Shown one piece after another: positions 1-7,939 of a stretch of 36,279 nt of DNA; within the stretch, counting starts at the first letter, position 1; every line of letters begins with the position of its first letter. Under the pieces are notes generated by a model. The model was not told the origin of the DNA. It searched no databases and saw only the letters and a program-made list of their open reading frames with translations. Origin of the DNA: a virus (taxonomy: Duplodnaviria; Caudoviricetes); IMG/VR virus record IMGVR_UViG_3300021411_000015, positions 1-36,279 of that record, one strand, 5' to 3'. A program made the position numbers and the translations under genes.

Positions 1-2
1 GG

Positions 3-104
3 GGCGTGGACGTCAACGGTTACCCGACCTACCGGCTGGGTGACATCCTAGGGAAGCTGCAGGACGACCAACGGCGGCGTGAGGCAAAGGCAGGTGCGGC
101 ATGA
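3..104 (+). CDS. C-terminal end of HTH DNA-binding protein (partial, possible late regulator)
   Basis: Translates GVDVNGYPTYRLGDILGKLQDDQRRREAKAGAA*; 'G-x-P-x-YRLGD' resembles the wing end of actinophage HTH proteins found upstream of packaging genes. Its TGA overlaps the ATG at 101. Confidence 0.55.
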   Translation, partial: GVDVNGYPTYRLGDILGKLQDDQRRREAKAGAA

Positions 105-313
105 GCGGTATCGAGCGGACCATCGCCTCCAAGGCTGCCGGCAAGTCCATGACGCTGGCCGAGTTGGCACGCTTCGTGCAGGAATGCATGCGGCAGAATA
201 TCGACGCCGACGCTATCCCGACAGCTCATGTCAACTTCAGCGGTGGGATCAAGTCGGTCACGGTCCGAGGCCAGTCGATCTTCCCGGCCGACTCAGACCT
301 GCCGCTGCCGTAA
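101..313 (+). CDS. Hypothetical protein (70 aa)
   Basis: ATGA overlap with upstream gene; normal GC-rich codon usage. Confidence 0.75.
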   Translation: MSGIERTIASKAAGKSMTLAELARFVQECMRQNIDADAIPTAHVNFSGGIKSVTVRGQSIFPADSDLPLP

Positions 314-386
314 TCACGGCGTGTCGGATTGCGGCCCTGTCGTAAAACTGTCAGGGTATGAGGCACTAACGTAGTCGATCTATCCC

Positions 387-419
387 CAAAGCCGCCCGAC
401 TCGACCCCGGGCGGCTTTG
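387..419. terminator. Intrinsic (possibly bidirectional) terminator hairpin
   Basis: CAAAGCCGCCCG (387-398) / CGGGCGGCTTTG (408-419): perfect 12-bp stem, 9-nt loop. Confidence 0.65.
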
Positions 420-438
420 CTGCGTCCAGGAGGCACCC

Positions 439-723
439 ATGCACTGCGAGTGCGGCTGGGCACAAGACGACGCACCTTGGTACGCGCATCACCATCACCA
501 CGAAATCCAGCAACTCAAGCGAAGGATGGACAAAATGTCCGATCAGCAAGCCGAGATCAACGCAGACGTCGCCGAGCTCCAGGCGGCCAACACCAACATC
601 GTCGCGGAGATCGCTGCCCTGCAGGCTGCGAACCCGGCGTTGGACCTCACCGGCCTCAAGGCCGCGGCCGACCAGTTGTCCGCGATCGCTCCGCCGGCTG
701 ACGGCAGCACCCCGAACGCGTAG
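439..723 (+). CDS. Hypothetical coiled-coil protein with N-terminal CxC/His5 segment
   Basis: AGGAGG RBS before ATG 439; heptad-like C-terminal half (INADVAELQAANTNIVAEIAALQ). Confidence 0.75.
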   Translation: MHCECGWAQDDAPWYAHHHHHEIQQLKRRMDKMSDQQAEINADVAELQAANTNIVAEIAALQAANPALDLTGLKAAADQLSAIAPPADGSTPNA

Positions 724-725
724 TC

Positions 726-815
726 ATGACCACCCGCGAGGCCATCCTGATCGTCCTGCTGATCGTGGTCGGCGTCGTGGCGCTGTTGATCCTGCACCGC
801 AACGGCGTTTTGTAG
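726..815 (+). CDS. Small single-pass membrane peptide (29 aa)
   Basis: MTTREAILIVLLIVVGVVALLILHRNGVL*, starts 2 nt after the upstream stop; below ORF-track cutoff. Confidence 0.65.
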   Translation: MTTREAILIVLLIVVGVVALLILHRNGVL

Positions 816-819
816 ACCC

Positions 820-865
820 CCCGACCCCGGACGTCCCAACTCCAGCTGGCGCGTCCGGGTTCGGG
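820..865. terminator. Hairpin between convergent genes
   Basis: CCCGACCCCGGACG ... CGTCCGGGTTCGGG (14-bp stem, one mismatch) lies between the TAG at 815 (+) and the TAG at 867-869 (-). Confidence 0.55.
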
Positions 866-866
866 C

Positions 867-1019
867 CTACCGCCGCGCCGCACGTGCGTCGAGCGCTTCA
901 CGTAGCAGTATCCGCAGCATCGCTGACCATGACCGGCGTTCGGCGTGGGCGTACTTCTGGACGGCTTCGACGCCAGCCTGGCTGAACCTGACGGCGCGTA
1001 ATACACGAGGCTCTGGCAC
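867..1019 (-). CDS. Ribbon-helix-helix (CopG/Arc-like) DNA-binding protein, 50 aa
   Basis: GTG start; MPEPRVLRAVRFSQAGVEAVQKYAHAERRSWSAMLRILLREALDARAARR*. Beta-strand (LRAVRF), helix A, 'RSWS' turn and helix B (AMLRILLREAL) match the RHH pattern. Confidence 0.75.
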   Translation of the reverse strand: MPEPRVLRAVRFSQAGVEAVQKYAHAERRSWSAMLRILLREALDARAARR

Positions 1020-1034
1020 CCGCCAACTGTATCA
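1020..1034 (-). promoter_or_regulatory. Extended -10 promoter for a leaderless RHH transcript
   Basis: Minus strand TGaTACAGT (TGn-TANNNT; hexamer at 1031-1026) is exactly 6 nt upstream of the GTG at 1019, the typical actinobacterial leaderless geometry. Confidence 0.6.
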
Positions 1035-1060
1035 CAACGTTATACGCGAGAGGGGAGGCG

Positions 1061-1570
1061 ATGATCATGGAAACCGAGGACACGATCGGCCGCGGACAGG
1101 ACGGCAAATTCTGCGAGACCGAGGAGTCGGCCCAGCGCGCCGCCCGCGCCGCCCACCTTCGATCCCGCGGAATGTCGTACTCCAAGATCGCACTGGAACT
1201 CAGCTACAACGACGCCAGTGCGGCCCGCAAGGCCTGCCAACGAGCCCTGCTGGCCATCGTCGCCGAGCCGGCCGAGGATCTCCGCAAGGTCGAGTTGATC
1301 CGGCTGGACATGATGTGGGTTGCCGCCTTGGCCGTGCTCGAGGCCAAGCACTTCACCGTCTCACAGGGCAAGCTGATCTACATCGGCGAGGACCCGCTGG
1401 AAGATGACGCTCCGGTGCTGGCGGCAATCGACCGGCTGCTGAAGATCCAGGAACGCCGCTCGAAGCTCTATGGCCTCGACGCCCCAGTGAAGACGGACGT
1501 CACGATCACCGACGGCATCGACCAGCAGATCCAGGCGTTGGTGGCGCAGCTTGCCCACACCGCTCCCTGA
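1061..1570 (+). CDS. terS: Terminase small subunit (HTH-containing); true start may be 1067
   Basis: HTH (LRSRGMSYSKIALELSY), 'AIDRLLKIQERRSKLYGLDAP' typical of actinophage TerS; AGGGGAGG RBS; immediately upstream of TerL. Confidence 0.8.
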   Translation: MIMETEDTIGRGQDGKFCETEESAQRAARAAHLRSRGMSYSKIALELSYNDASAARKACQRALLAIVAEPAEDLRKVELIRLDMMWVAALAVLEAKHFTVSQGKLIYIGEDPLEDDAPVLAAIDRLLKIQERRSKLYGLDAPVKTDVTITDGIDQQIQALVAQLAHTAP

Positions 1571-3002
1571 CGGCTGGCAGGACTGGCCGGCCGAGGCCAA
1601 GCAGAAACTACTGGACGAGCTACGCTCGCTGGCGGTCCGCAAGGACGTGTTCGGCGCGCTGGGTTACGTCCCCACCGACAGGCAGAGCGAGTTCCATGCG
1701 GCTACCGAATTTGACGTACTTTTCGGCGGCGCCGCGGGTGGCGGCAAAAGTAAATGTGCGGTCGCCGACGATCTGCGGGACGCGATCCGCTATCCCGGCA
1801 TCCGCATCGGCTGCTTCCGCCGCACCTACCCGGAGCTCGAAGAATCAGTCCTGAAGGAGCTCGCCGGCTTCTCCTACGGTGCGGCGCTGGGTGCACGGTG
1901 GAACGGCGGCCAGCACGAGCTCCGGTTCCCCAACAAGTCCGTGATCCGGTACGGCTATCTCGAGTCCGCCATCGATGCCAGCCGCCGGCAGGGCGGTGAA
2001 TACCAGAAGCTGACCATCGACGAGCGCGGCCTGATGCTGCCGGACGTTGTTGAGCATCTGATGGAGCGCGTCCGCTCGGGTCGCAAGGACATCCCCGTCC
2101 TGGGAGTCAGATCGACGACGAACCCTGGCGGCGCGGGTCATGCGCACCTGAAGGAGCGGTTCGTCAAGGGCACCGACTATGGCCAGCATGTCTACACCGA
2201 TCCGCATGGCCGCTCGGTCCGGTTCATCCCGGCGAAGGTCGACGACAACCCGCATGTTGACCCGGAATACCGCAGCCGACTGGAAGCGATCCCCGATCCG
2301 GCACGTAGGGCAGCGATGCTCGACGGTGACTGGGACATTTTCGCCGGCATGTTCTTCGCCGAGTGGCGCCGCGAGCTGCACGTGGTGGATCCGCTGCCCA
2401 TCCCGAAGGAATGGAAACGGTACGCCGGCATCGACTTCGGCTACGCCGCACCGTGGTGCTGCCTCTGGGCCGCCGTTGATCAGGACAAGCGTATCTGGGT
2501 GTATCGGGAGCTGTATGAGAAGCAGCGCACCGAGGCGCAGCAGGCCAACGGCATCATCGCCGCGGAAGTCCTCGACGCCCCGGTAGCCCGCCGATTCGCT
2601 GACCCGTCCATGTGGGCCAAGACAGGCAGCGCCCCATCGGTGGCGCAGGCCTACAGCACCGCGGGCGTGCGGATCGAGAAGGCCGTCAACGACCGCGAGA
2701 TCGGCTGGCAGCGGATGCACTCCGTCCTGGCCCTCGGCCCGGCTTGCACGCTGCACCGCGATCAGGGCCTGGAGTTGTGCCCGATGATGCACATCACGAC
2801 CGGCTGCCCCAACCTGCTGCGCACGCTGCCGTCACTGCCGTATGACGCCCGCAAGCCCGAAGACCTCGACACGCACGCCGAGGACCACGCCGCCGACGCG
2901 CTGCGCTACCTCGTAATGGGGGCAAGTGGTGCATCCCGCCCGGCCACGGTCTCCACTGCATCCCGTGCCCGTATCCCGATCGGCACCGCAGCACGCCGAT
3001 AA
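1551..3002 (+). CDS. terL: Terminase large subunit
   Basis: Walker A GGAAGGGKS, Walker B LTIDE, TTNPG motif, nuclease GIDFG ... DHAADALRY. Confidence 0.95.
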   Translation: MPTPLPDGWQDWPAEAKQKLLDELRSLAVRKDVFGALGYVPTDRQSEFHAATEFDVLFGGAAGGGKSKCAVADDLRDAIRYPGIRIGCFRRTYPELEESVLKELAGFSYGAALGARWNGGQHELRFPNKSVIRYGYLESAIDASRRQGGEYQKLTIDERGLMLPDVVEHLMERVRSGRKDIPVLGVRSTTNPGGAGHAHLKERFVKGTDYGQHVYTDPHGRSVRFIPAKVDDNPHVDPEYRSRLEAIPDPARRAAMLDGDWDIFAGMFFAEWRRELHVVDPLPIPKEWKRYAGIDFGYAAPWCCLWAAVDQDKRIWVYRELYEKQRTEAQQANGIIAAEVLDAPVARRFADPSMWAKTGSAPSVAQAYSTAGVRIEKAVNDREIGWQRMHSVLALGPACTLHRDQGLELCPMMHITTGCPNLLRTLPSLPYDARKPEDLDTHAEDHAADALRYLVMGASGASRPATVSTASRARIPIGTAARR

Positions 3003-3056
3003 CCCGTCGTACCCGCCGACGAAATGAGAAGACGCCATGGACCGGGACTCCGTTTT

Positions 3057-3371
3057 ATGACCACTGCAACCTGGGACAGCTTCCCCGCTGACGTGACCCT
3101 GCCCAACGGCACCAGGCACCTCGGCGTCCGCGCGATCCTGACGGACGCCGGCATGCTCATCGTGTACGGGCAGATGGGTGACGCTGTCGTGCAGGTCTTC
3201 GCCGCTGCCGTGGCTGGCCCGATTCAGACCCAGTCGCCGCTGGCCCCGCGGTACGACTCGGAGTCCACGTTCGCCACCGAGGTCGGCGTGGTCACGGCGA
3301 CGCGCGGCATGGGCTGCGGCTGCGGCAGCCCGCTCCGCCATGCTCAGCTCGCCGATCTGGCCAGCGCATGA
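3057..3371 (+). CDS. Hypothetical protein with C-terminal GCGCGS motif (start 3057 preferred over 3024)
   Basis: Beta-rich ~104-aa ORF ending RGMGCGCGSPLR; ATGA-coupled to next gene. Confidence 0.7.
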   Translation: MTTATWDSFPADVTLPNGTRHLGVRAILTDAGMLIVYGQMGDAVVQVFAAAVAGPIQTQSPLAPRYDSESTFATEVGVVTATRGMGCGCGSPLRHAQLADLASA

Positions 3372-3652
3372 CGCTCTGGCTGTGGCTGATCGTGGACGCT
3401 CTGGCCTGCTACCGGCTGGCCCGGCTGATCACGACCGACGACATTCTGACCAAGCCGCGCGGCTACATCACCACGCGCTGGCCGGTGAAGCCCGGTCGGC
3501 TGTCCGAGCTGGTCTTATGTCCTTGGTGCGTGTCGATCTACTTCGGCGTCGCCATCTACGCGATGACCCGCTACATCCCGGCCGTCTGGGTCTGGGCTGC
3601 CGTGCCGCTCGCGCTGTCCGCTGTCGCCGGCTACCTCTCGGAGCGTGCCTGA
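3368..3652 (+). CDS. DUF1360-like membrane protein
   Basis: YRLARLITTDDI ... ELVLCPWCVSIY motif with hydrophobic segments. Confidence 0.75.
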   Translation: MTLWLWLIVDALACYRLARLITTDDILTKPRGYITTRWPVKPGRLSELVLCPWCVSIYFGVAIYAMTRYIPAVWVWAAVPLALSAVAGYLSERA

Positions 3653-4777
3653 GTGCTGAAGGTGCTGGCCATCCCTGCGCACCTCGAAGGCTCCGGTTAC
3701 CTGCGCATCTGCGCGCCCGCCCAGGCGATCAACAAACTGTCCGACGGCGCGGTGCATGTCGACCTGATGCTGGCCGGCCAACTCGGCCCGACCTTCACCG
3801 GGCCGCGGGGGCAACGGCAGGTCCAGGACTTCCCGGCGCTGGACTACGACGTGGTGGTGCTGCAACTCCCGATGGTCGAAGAAGTCGTGGCGATGATCCC
3901 GCACATCCAGGCGCAAGGCATCGCGGTGGTCGCGGACATCGACGACGACATTGCCGCCACCCCGAAATCCAACCCGCACTACGACAAGATCGCGCCCGAA
4001 ACCAATCCGGCGTCGAACTGGCGCTGGCTGAAACAGGGCTGCGGCATGGCCGACCTGCTGACCTGCACGACTCCGTATCTGCGCCGTTACGCCGGCGGCC
4101 TGACCGGCTTCCGGCATGCCCCGACGCGGATCATCCCCAACGCCGTCCCGATGGCCGCCACCTATGAGGCCAAGCCGGAGATTGAGCACACCGTGGTGGG
4201 CTGGTCCGGCTCGGTCGTCACCCACGATCGGGACCTGACGGTCACCGGCGGGGGGGTGGCCCGCGCGGTCGAGGGCACGGGCGCGAAGTTCCTGGCCATC
4301 GGGTGGTGGCATCACGTCGCCGAGCAGCTCGAGCTGGCCACCGAGCCACCCGCTACCGGCTGGCTGTCGCTGGCACAGTACTACGCCCGTATGCCGTACC
4401 TCGACGTCGGGATCGTGCCGCTGCAGCCCTCGGCGTTCAACATCGGCAAGAGCCACCTCAAGGGTCTGGACATGGCCGCGGCCGGCGTGCCGTTCGTGGC
4501 CTCTCCGCTGCCCGCCTACAAGGAACTGGCCGAGTCCGGCATCGGCTGGCTCGCTGAGTCCCCAGCCGACTGGGAGGCGAAGGTCCGCCAGCTGGTCACC
4601 GACGCGCCGCTGCGCACTGACCTGTCCGCCGCCTACCGCGACACGGTCCGCCGTACCCGCACATTCGAGACCTGCTGGTGGCGTTGGGCCGAGGCCTGGC
4701 AGGACGCCGCAGACACCAAACGCGCCGCCGATGAGCGGCGCACCAAGACCAGGGGAGGCGCGCGTGCCACTGCGTAA
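3653..4777 (+). CDS. Glycosyltransferase, GT-B fold (GT4/GT1-like)
   Basis: ADIDDD, 'ADLLTCTTPYL', 'IIPNAV', 'VGWSGS..H..DL', 'DVGIVPL...FN.GKS.LK.LD.AAAGVPFVAS..PAY' motifs. Confidence 0.88.
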   Translation: MLKVLAIPAHLEGSGYLRICAPAQAINKLSDGAVHVDLMLAGQLGPTFTGPRGQRQVQDFPALDYDVVVLQLPMVEEVVAMIPHIQAQGIAVVADIDDDIAATPKSNPHYDKIAPETNPASNWRWLKQGCGMADLLTCTTPYLRRYAGGLTGFRHAPTRIIPNAVPMAATYEAKPEIEHTVVGWSGSVVTHDRDLTVTGGGVARAVEGTGAKFLAIGWWHHVAEQLELATEPPATGWLSLAQYYARMPYLDVGIVPLQPSAFNIGKSHLKGLDMAAAGVPFVASPLPAYKELAESGIGWLAESPADWEAKVRQLVTDAPLRTDLSAAYRDTVRRTRTFETCWWRWAEAWQDAADTKRAADERRTKTRGGARATA

Positions 4778-7271
4778 ACGCAACGCCTCGAAGGCGCGCG
4801 CCCTGACCGCATCCGCCGTGAAGGTCGACATCGGCAACAAGGTCCAGGCCGTCAAGATCCGCCGGCTACGCCAGTCCTGGCAGGAAGACGCCTGGTCCTA
4901 CCGCGACGCGATCCCGGAGATCGGGTACGCGATGCGGTTCAAGGCCACCGCGGTGTCCCGGATGCGGCTGTACGTGGCCATGTGGGTCGAAGGTGAAGAC
5001 CAGCCCGTCCCACTCGATGAGAACCCCCCCGGCCTGCCCGCCGGTCTGGCCGATGCGGCCAACCGCGCACTGGAGGAACTGGCACCCGGCCGCATGGGCC
5101 ACGCGAATCTGCTGCGCAACCTGAACGAAAACATCGAGGTCGCCGGCGAGTGCTACCTCCTTGGCCAGCAGGACGCGGCCAGTGGCGAGCAGGAATTCTC
5201 GATCAAGTCGATCGACGAACTGGTTGCGAACACCGACGGTAAATGGTTGCTCCGCGACCAACCGGCGGCCAACGGTTCCGCCTCGATCGGCGTCGAGGTT
5301 GGTGCGGACGCCTACATCGCGCGCATGTGGTGTCCACATCCCCGCTTCTCCGTCTGGGCGGACTCCCCGATGCGGTCTCTGCTGGAGTCCGGCGAGGAAC
5401 TGCTGCTGCTGTCCCGTTCCATCCGGGCCGCGACACGCTCACGCCTGGCCAATGCCGGCATCCTGGGCATCGCCTCAGAGTTGTCCTTTGCCTCGACGAC
5501 GGCCGGCGGGGACGACGACGATCCTGAGGCTGATCCGTTCATGGCGCAACTCATCGATGCGATGGTCACCCCGATCTCTGATGAGGCGAGCGCGTCGGCG
5601 GTCATTCCGATCGTGGTCCGCGGCCCGGCGGACATGCTGGAAAAGGGCATCGTCTATAAGCCGATGATCCGGCCGGCTGATGACCGGGCCGCCACCGACC
5701 GGGCCGAACTGATTGGGCGCATCGCGAACGGCCTCGACATCCCCCGGGAGATTTTGACCGGCGTGGCCGATTTGAACCATTGGTCCGCTTGGCAGGTAGA
5801 TGACTCTACTTTCCGTTATCATATAGAACCCGCCGTTCTGCGGGCGGTGGACTCGCTGACCGTCGGCTACTTCCGTCCTCGCATCATCGGCGGCGAGGAC
5901 GGGCAGGCTGGCTACGACCCGGAGATCGTCAAGCAGCTGGTCATCTGGTACGACCCGACCGAGCTGGTTACCCATCCGGACCGCACCAAGGACGCCCTGG
6001 ACCTGTTCGACCGCGAAGGCCTGTCCCTCGCGGCGCTGCGGGAGGCCGGCGGCTGGACCGACGACGACGCCCCCGACGACGACGAATACCTCGTCCGGCT
6101 GCTGTCCAAGACCCGCACGTTCCCCCCGAACGTCGTCGAGGCGCTGTTCCATAAGGTCGCCCCCGGCCTGGTCATTCCGGCGGACAAGAACGAACCCGGC
6201 ATGGGACCGACCGGCGAGATCCCACCCGATGAGACGGCACCGGCGATCGCCCCGAAGTCGACCCCGGCCATCGAGGGGCCGGCGAAGAGCCCGCAGCCCG
6301 GACAGGGTGGCACACCGCCCGCTGTCGCGGCGTCGGTCATGGCCGCGCTCGTTGCCGCCGGGCGGGTCGACGTGACCTCCAGTGCCCGGCTGGCCAGGAT
6401 CGACGCGTCCCTACGTGACACCGTGCTGGCCGCGACCGATCAGGCGATGCACCGCGCACTGGAACGGGCCGGGAACAAGGTCAAAGGCAAAGCCCCCAAC
6501 GCGCTCAAGGCGTCGTTGTCCGGCGTGGCACCGGATCGGATCTGCGCCACCCTCGGGCAGGCCGTCGTCGCGTCCTACGGCATGAGCGAACACTCCCTCC
6601 TCGAGGAGGCGTTCGCGGCATTGTCCGAACGGTTCTGGACGTGGGTGGATGGCGCCAACCGTTCCGCCCTCGCCACCGCGGTGAAGATGCTGCGGCTCCC
6701 GATCGACGACCCGAAGGTCACCGGTACGCGGCAGAAGCAGGAGACCGCGGCCAAGGGTGCCTGGGTGTGGCTGAAGGGCGCACTGCATGCCCGCGCCATC
6801 GACCTGCTGTATCACCCGCAGGAGACCGACACCGACCAGACCGCTACCGCCTCGGGCGCATCGCTGGTCCCGGTCGGTCTCGTCCGTGGCGCGTTGGCGC
6901 TGGCCGGCGGGTATGCCGGGCAGGGCGTCACAGATCTTGGCGCGCCCGTCGATGGGAGTACTCCGCTCGGTGGTATCGGCTCCGGGCCGATCATCGGCGG
7001 CCTGCTGCGCACGTGCGGCGCGGAGATCGACCACTACCTGTGGGTGCACGGCATCTCCCGCAACCCGTTCGAGCCGCACCTCGAGCTCGACGGCACCGAG
7101 TTCACCCAGTTCACCGACGGCCGGCTGGCCAACTCCGGTGAGCAGTGGGTCGGGAACCGGTTCTACTTCCCCGGCGACCACGACGGGTGTTCCTGCGACA
7201 TACAGTATTTATGGACCGATAGCGGACATGGGACCACGCAGGCTGATACCGGACTGGCGGCCAGCGTGTGA
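4764..7271 (+). CDS. Portal protein with C-terminal MuF-like domain
   Basis: GTG 4764 after AGGGGAGG; WQEDAW...IPEIGY, GECYL, W.PHPR...ADSP, NHWSAWQ motifs of the actinophage portal type; Pro-rich linker; C-terminal W...H..LDG..F...FPGDH.GC.C MuF-like motif. Confidence 0.85.
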   Translation: MPLRKRNASKARALTASAVKVDIGNKVQAVKIRRLRQSWQEDAWSYRDAIPEIGYAMRFKATAVSRMRLYVAMWVEGEDQPVPLDENPPGLPAGLADAANRALEELAPGRMGHANLLRNLNENIEVAGECYLLGQQDAASGEQEFSIKSIDELVANTDGKWLLRDQPAANGSASIGVEVGADAYIARMWCPHPRFSVWADSPMRSLLESGEELLLLSRSIRAATRSRLANAGILGIASELSFASTTAGGDDDDPEADPFMAQLIDAMVTPISDEASASAVIPIVVRGPADMLEKGIVYKPMIRPADDRAATDRAELIGRIANGLDIPREILTGVADLNHWSAWQVDDSTFRYHIEPAVLRAVDSLTVGYFRPRIIGGEDGQAGYDPEIVKQLVIWYDPTELVTHPDRTKDALDLFDREGLSLAALREAGGWTDDDAPDDDEYLVRLLSKTRTFPPNVVEALFHKVAPGLVIPADKNEPGMGPTGEIPPDETAPAIAPKSTPAIEGPAKSPQPGQGGTPPAVAASVMAALVAAGRVDVTSSARLARIDASLRDTVLAATDQAMHRALERAGNKVKGKAPNALKASLSGVAPDRICATLGQAVVASYGMSEHSLLEEAFAALSERFWTWVDGANRSALATAVKMLRLPIDDPKVTGTRQKQETAAKGAWVWLKGALHARAIDLLYHPQETDTDQTATASGASLVPVGLVRGALALAGGYAGQGVTDLGAPVDGSTPLGGIGSGPIIGGLLRTCGAEIDHYLWVHGISRNPFEPHLELDGTEFTQFTDGRLANSGEQWVGNRFYFPGDHDGCSCDIQYLWTDSGHGTTQADTGLAASV

Positions 7272-7939
7272 CCGACCTGACCGTCATCGTGCCATCACGC
7301 GGCCGACCCGATAGCGCCAGACGCCTCATCGCCGCCTTCGAGGACACGACCTGCGCCGATACGGACCTGCTGATCTGCGTCGACGAGGACGACCCAACGC
7401 TGCCCGCCTACCTCGCGCTCGAGCACGAGGGCGCGCATGTGGGGCTCACCGTCGGACCCCGGCAGCGCTTGGTCGGCTGGACGAATGAGGTCGCCATCGA
7501 CCCGGCCATCGACTCGTACGCATACGGCTCGATCGGCGACGACCACCTACCTCAGACACCCGGCTGGGATTCACTCATCCTCGCCGCCCTGTGTGCGCTC
7601 GGCACGGGCGTGGCCTATGGCGACGACGGCCACCAGGGCGTCAACCTCCCCACCGCGGCGTTCCTGACCGCAGACATCCCGGCAAAGCTCGGCTACATGG
7701 CACCGCCAGAACTGGTGCACCTGTACTGCGACAATTTCTGGCTGGCCCTCGGGCAGCGGATCGGGATCACGTATCTACCTGACGTGATGATCGAGCATCT
7801 GCACCCGCATGCCGGCAAGTCCGCGATGGACGCCACCTACGCCGAGGCGAATGCGCCGATCGCGTGGATGGCCGATGCTGACGCGTTCGCCACATACATG
7901 GCTACCCGGTTCGAGGACGATATGGCGAAGCTCGCATGA
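7268..7939 (+). CDS. Glycosyltransferase family 2 (GT-A)
   Basis: N-terminal VIVPSRGRP, GDDH (DxD-like), LVHLYCDN, IEHLHP; GTGA-coupled to the portal stop. Confidence 0.85.
   Translation: MTDLTVIVPSRGRPDSARRLIAAFEDTTCADTDLLICVDEDDPTLPAYLALEHEGAHVGLTVGPRQRLVGWTNEVAIDPAIDSYAYGSIGDDHLPQTPGWDSLILAALCALGTGVAYGDDGHQGVNLPTAAFLTADIPAKLGYMAPPELVHLYCDNFWLALGQRIGITYLPDVMIEHLHPHAGKSAMDATYAEANAPIAWMADADAFATYMATRFEDDMAKLA

Noticed and set aside
925-1000. Possible tRNA/ncRNA (GCTTCGAC resembles a T-loop)
   Set aside because: No cloverleaf could be built; region is explained by the minus-strand RHH gene.
656-1006. 116-aa minus ORF with CCGYC
   Set aside because: Different frame from the RHH gene occupying the same DNA; overlaps two + genes; no family motif.
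1551-3002. Intein in TerL
   Set aside because: Length (483 aa) is normal and no C...HN splice motifs are present.
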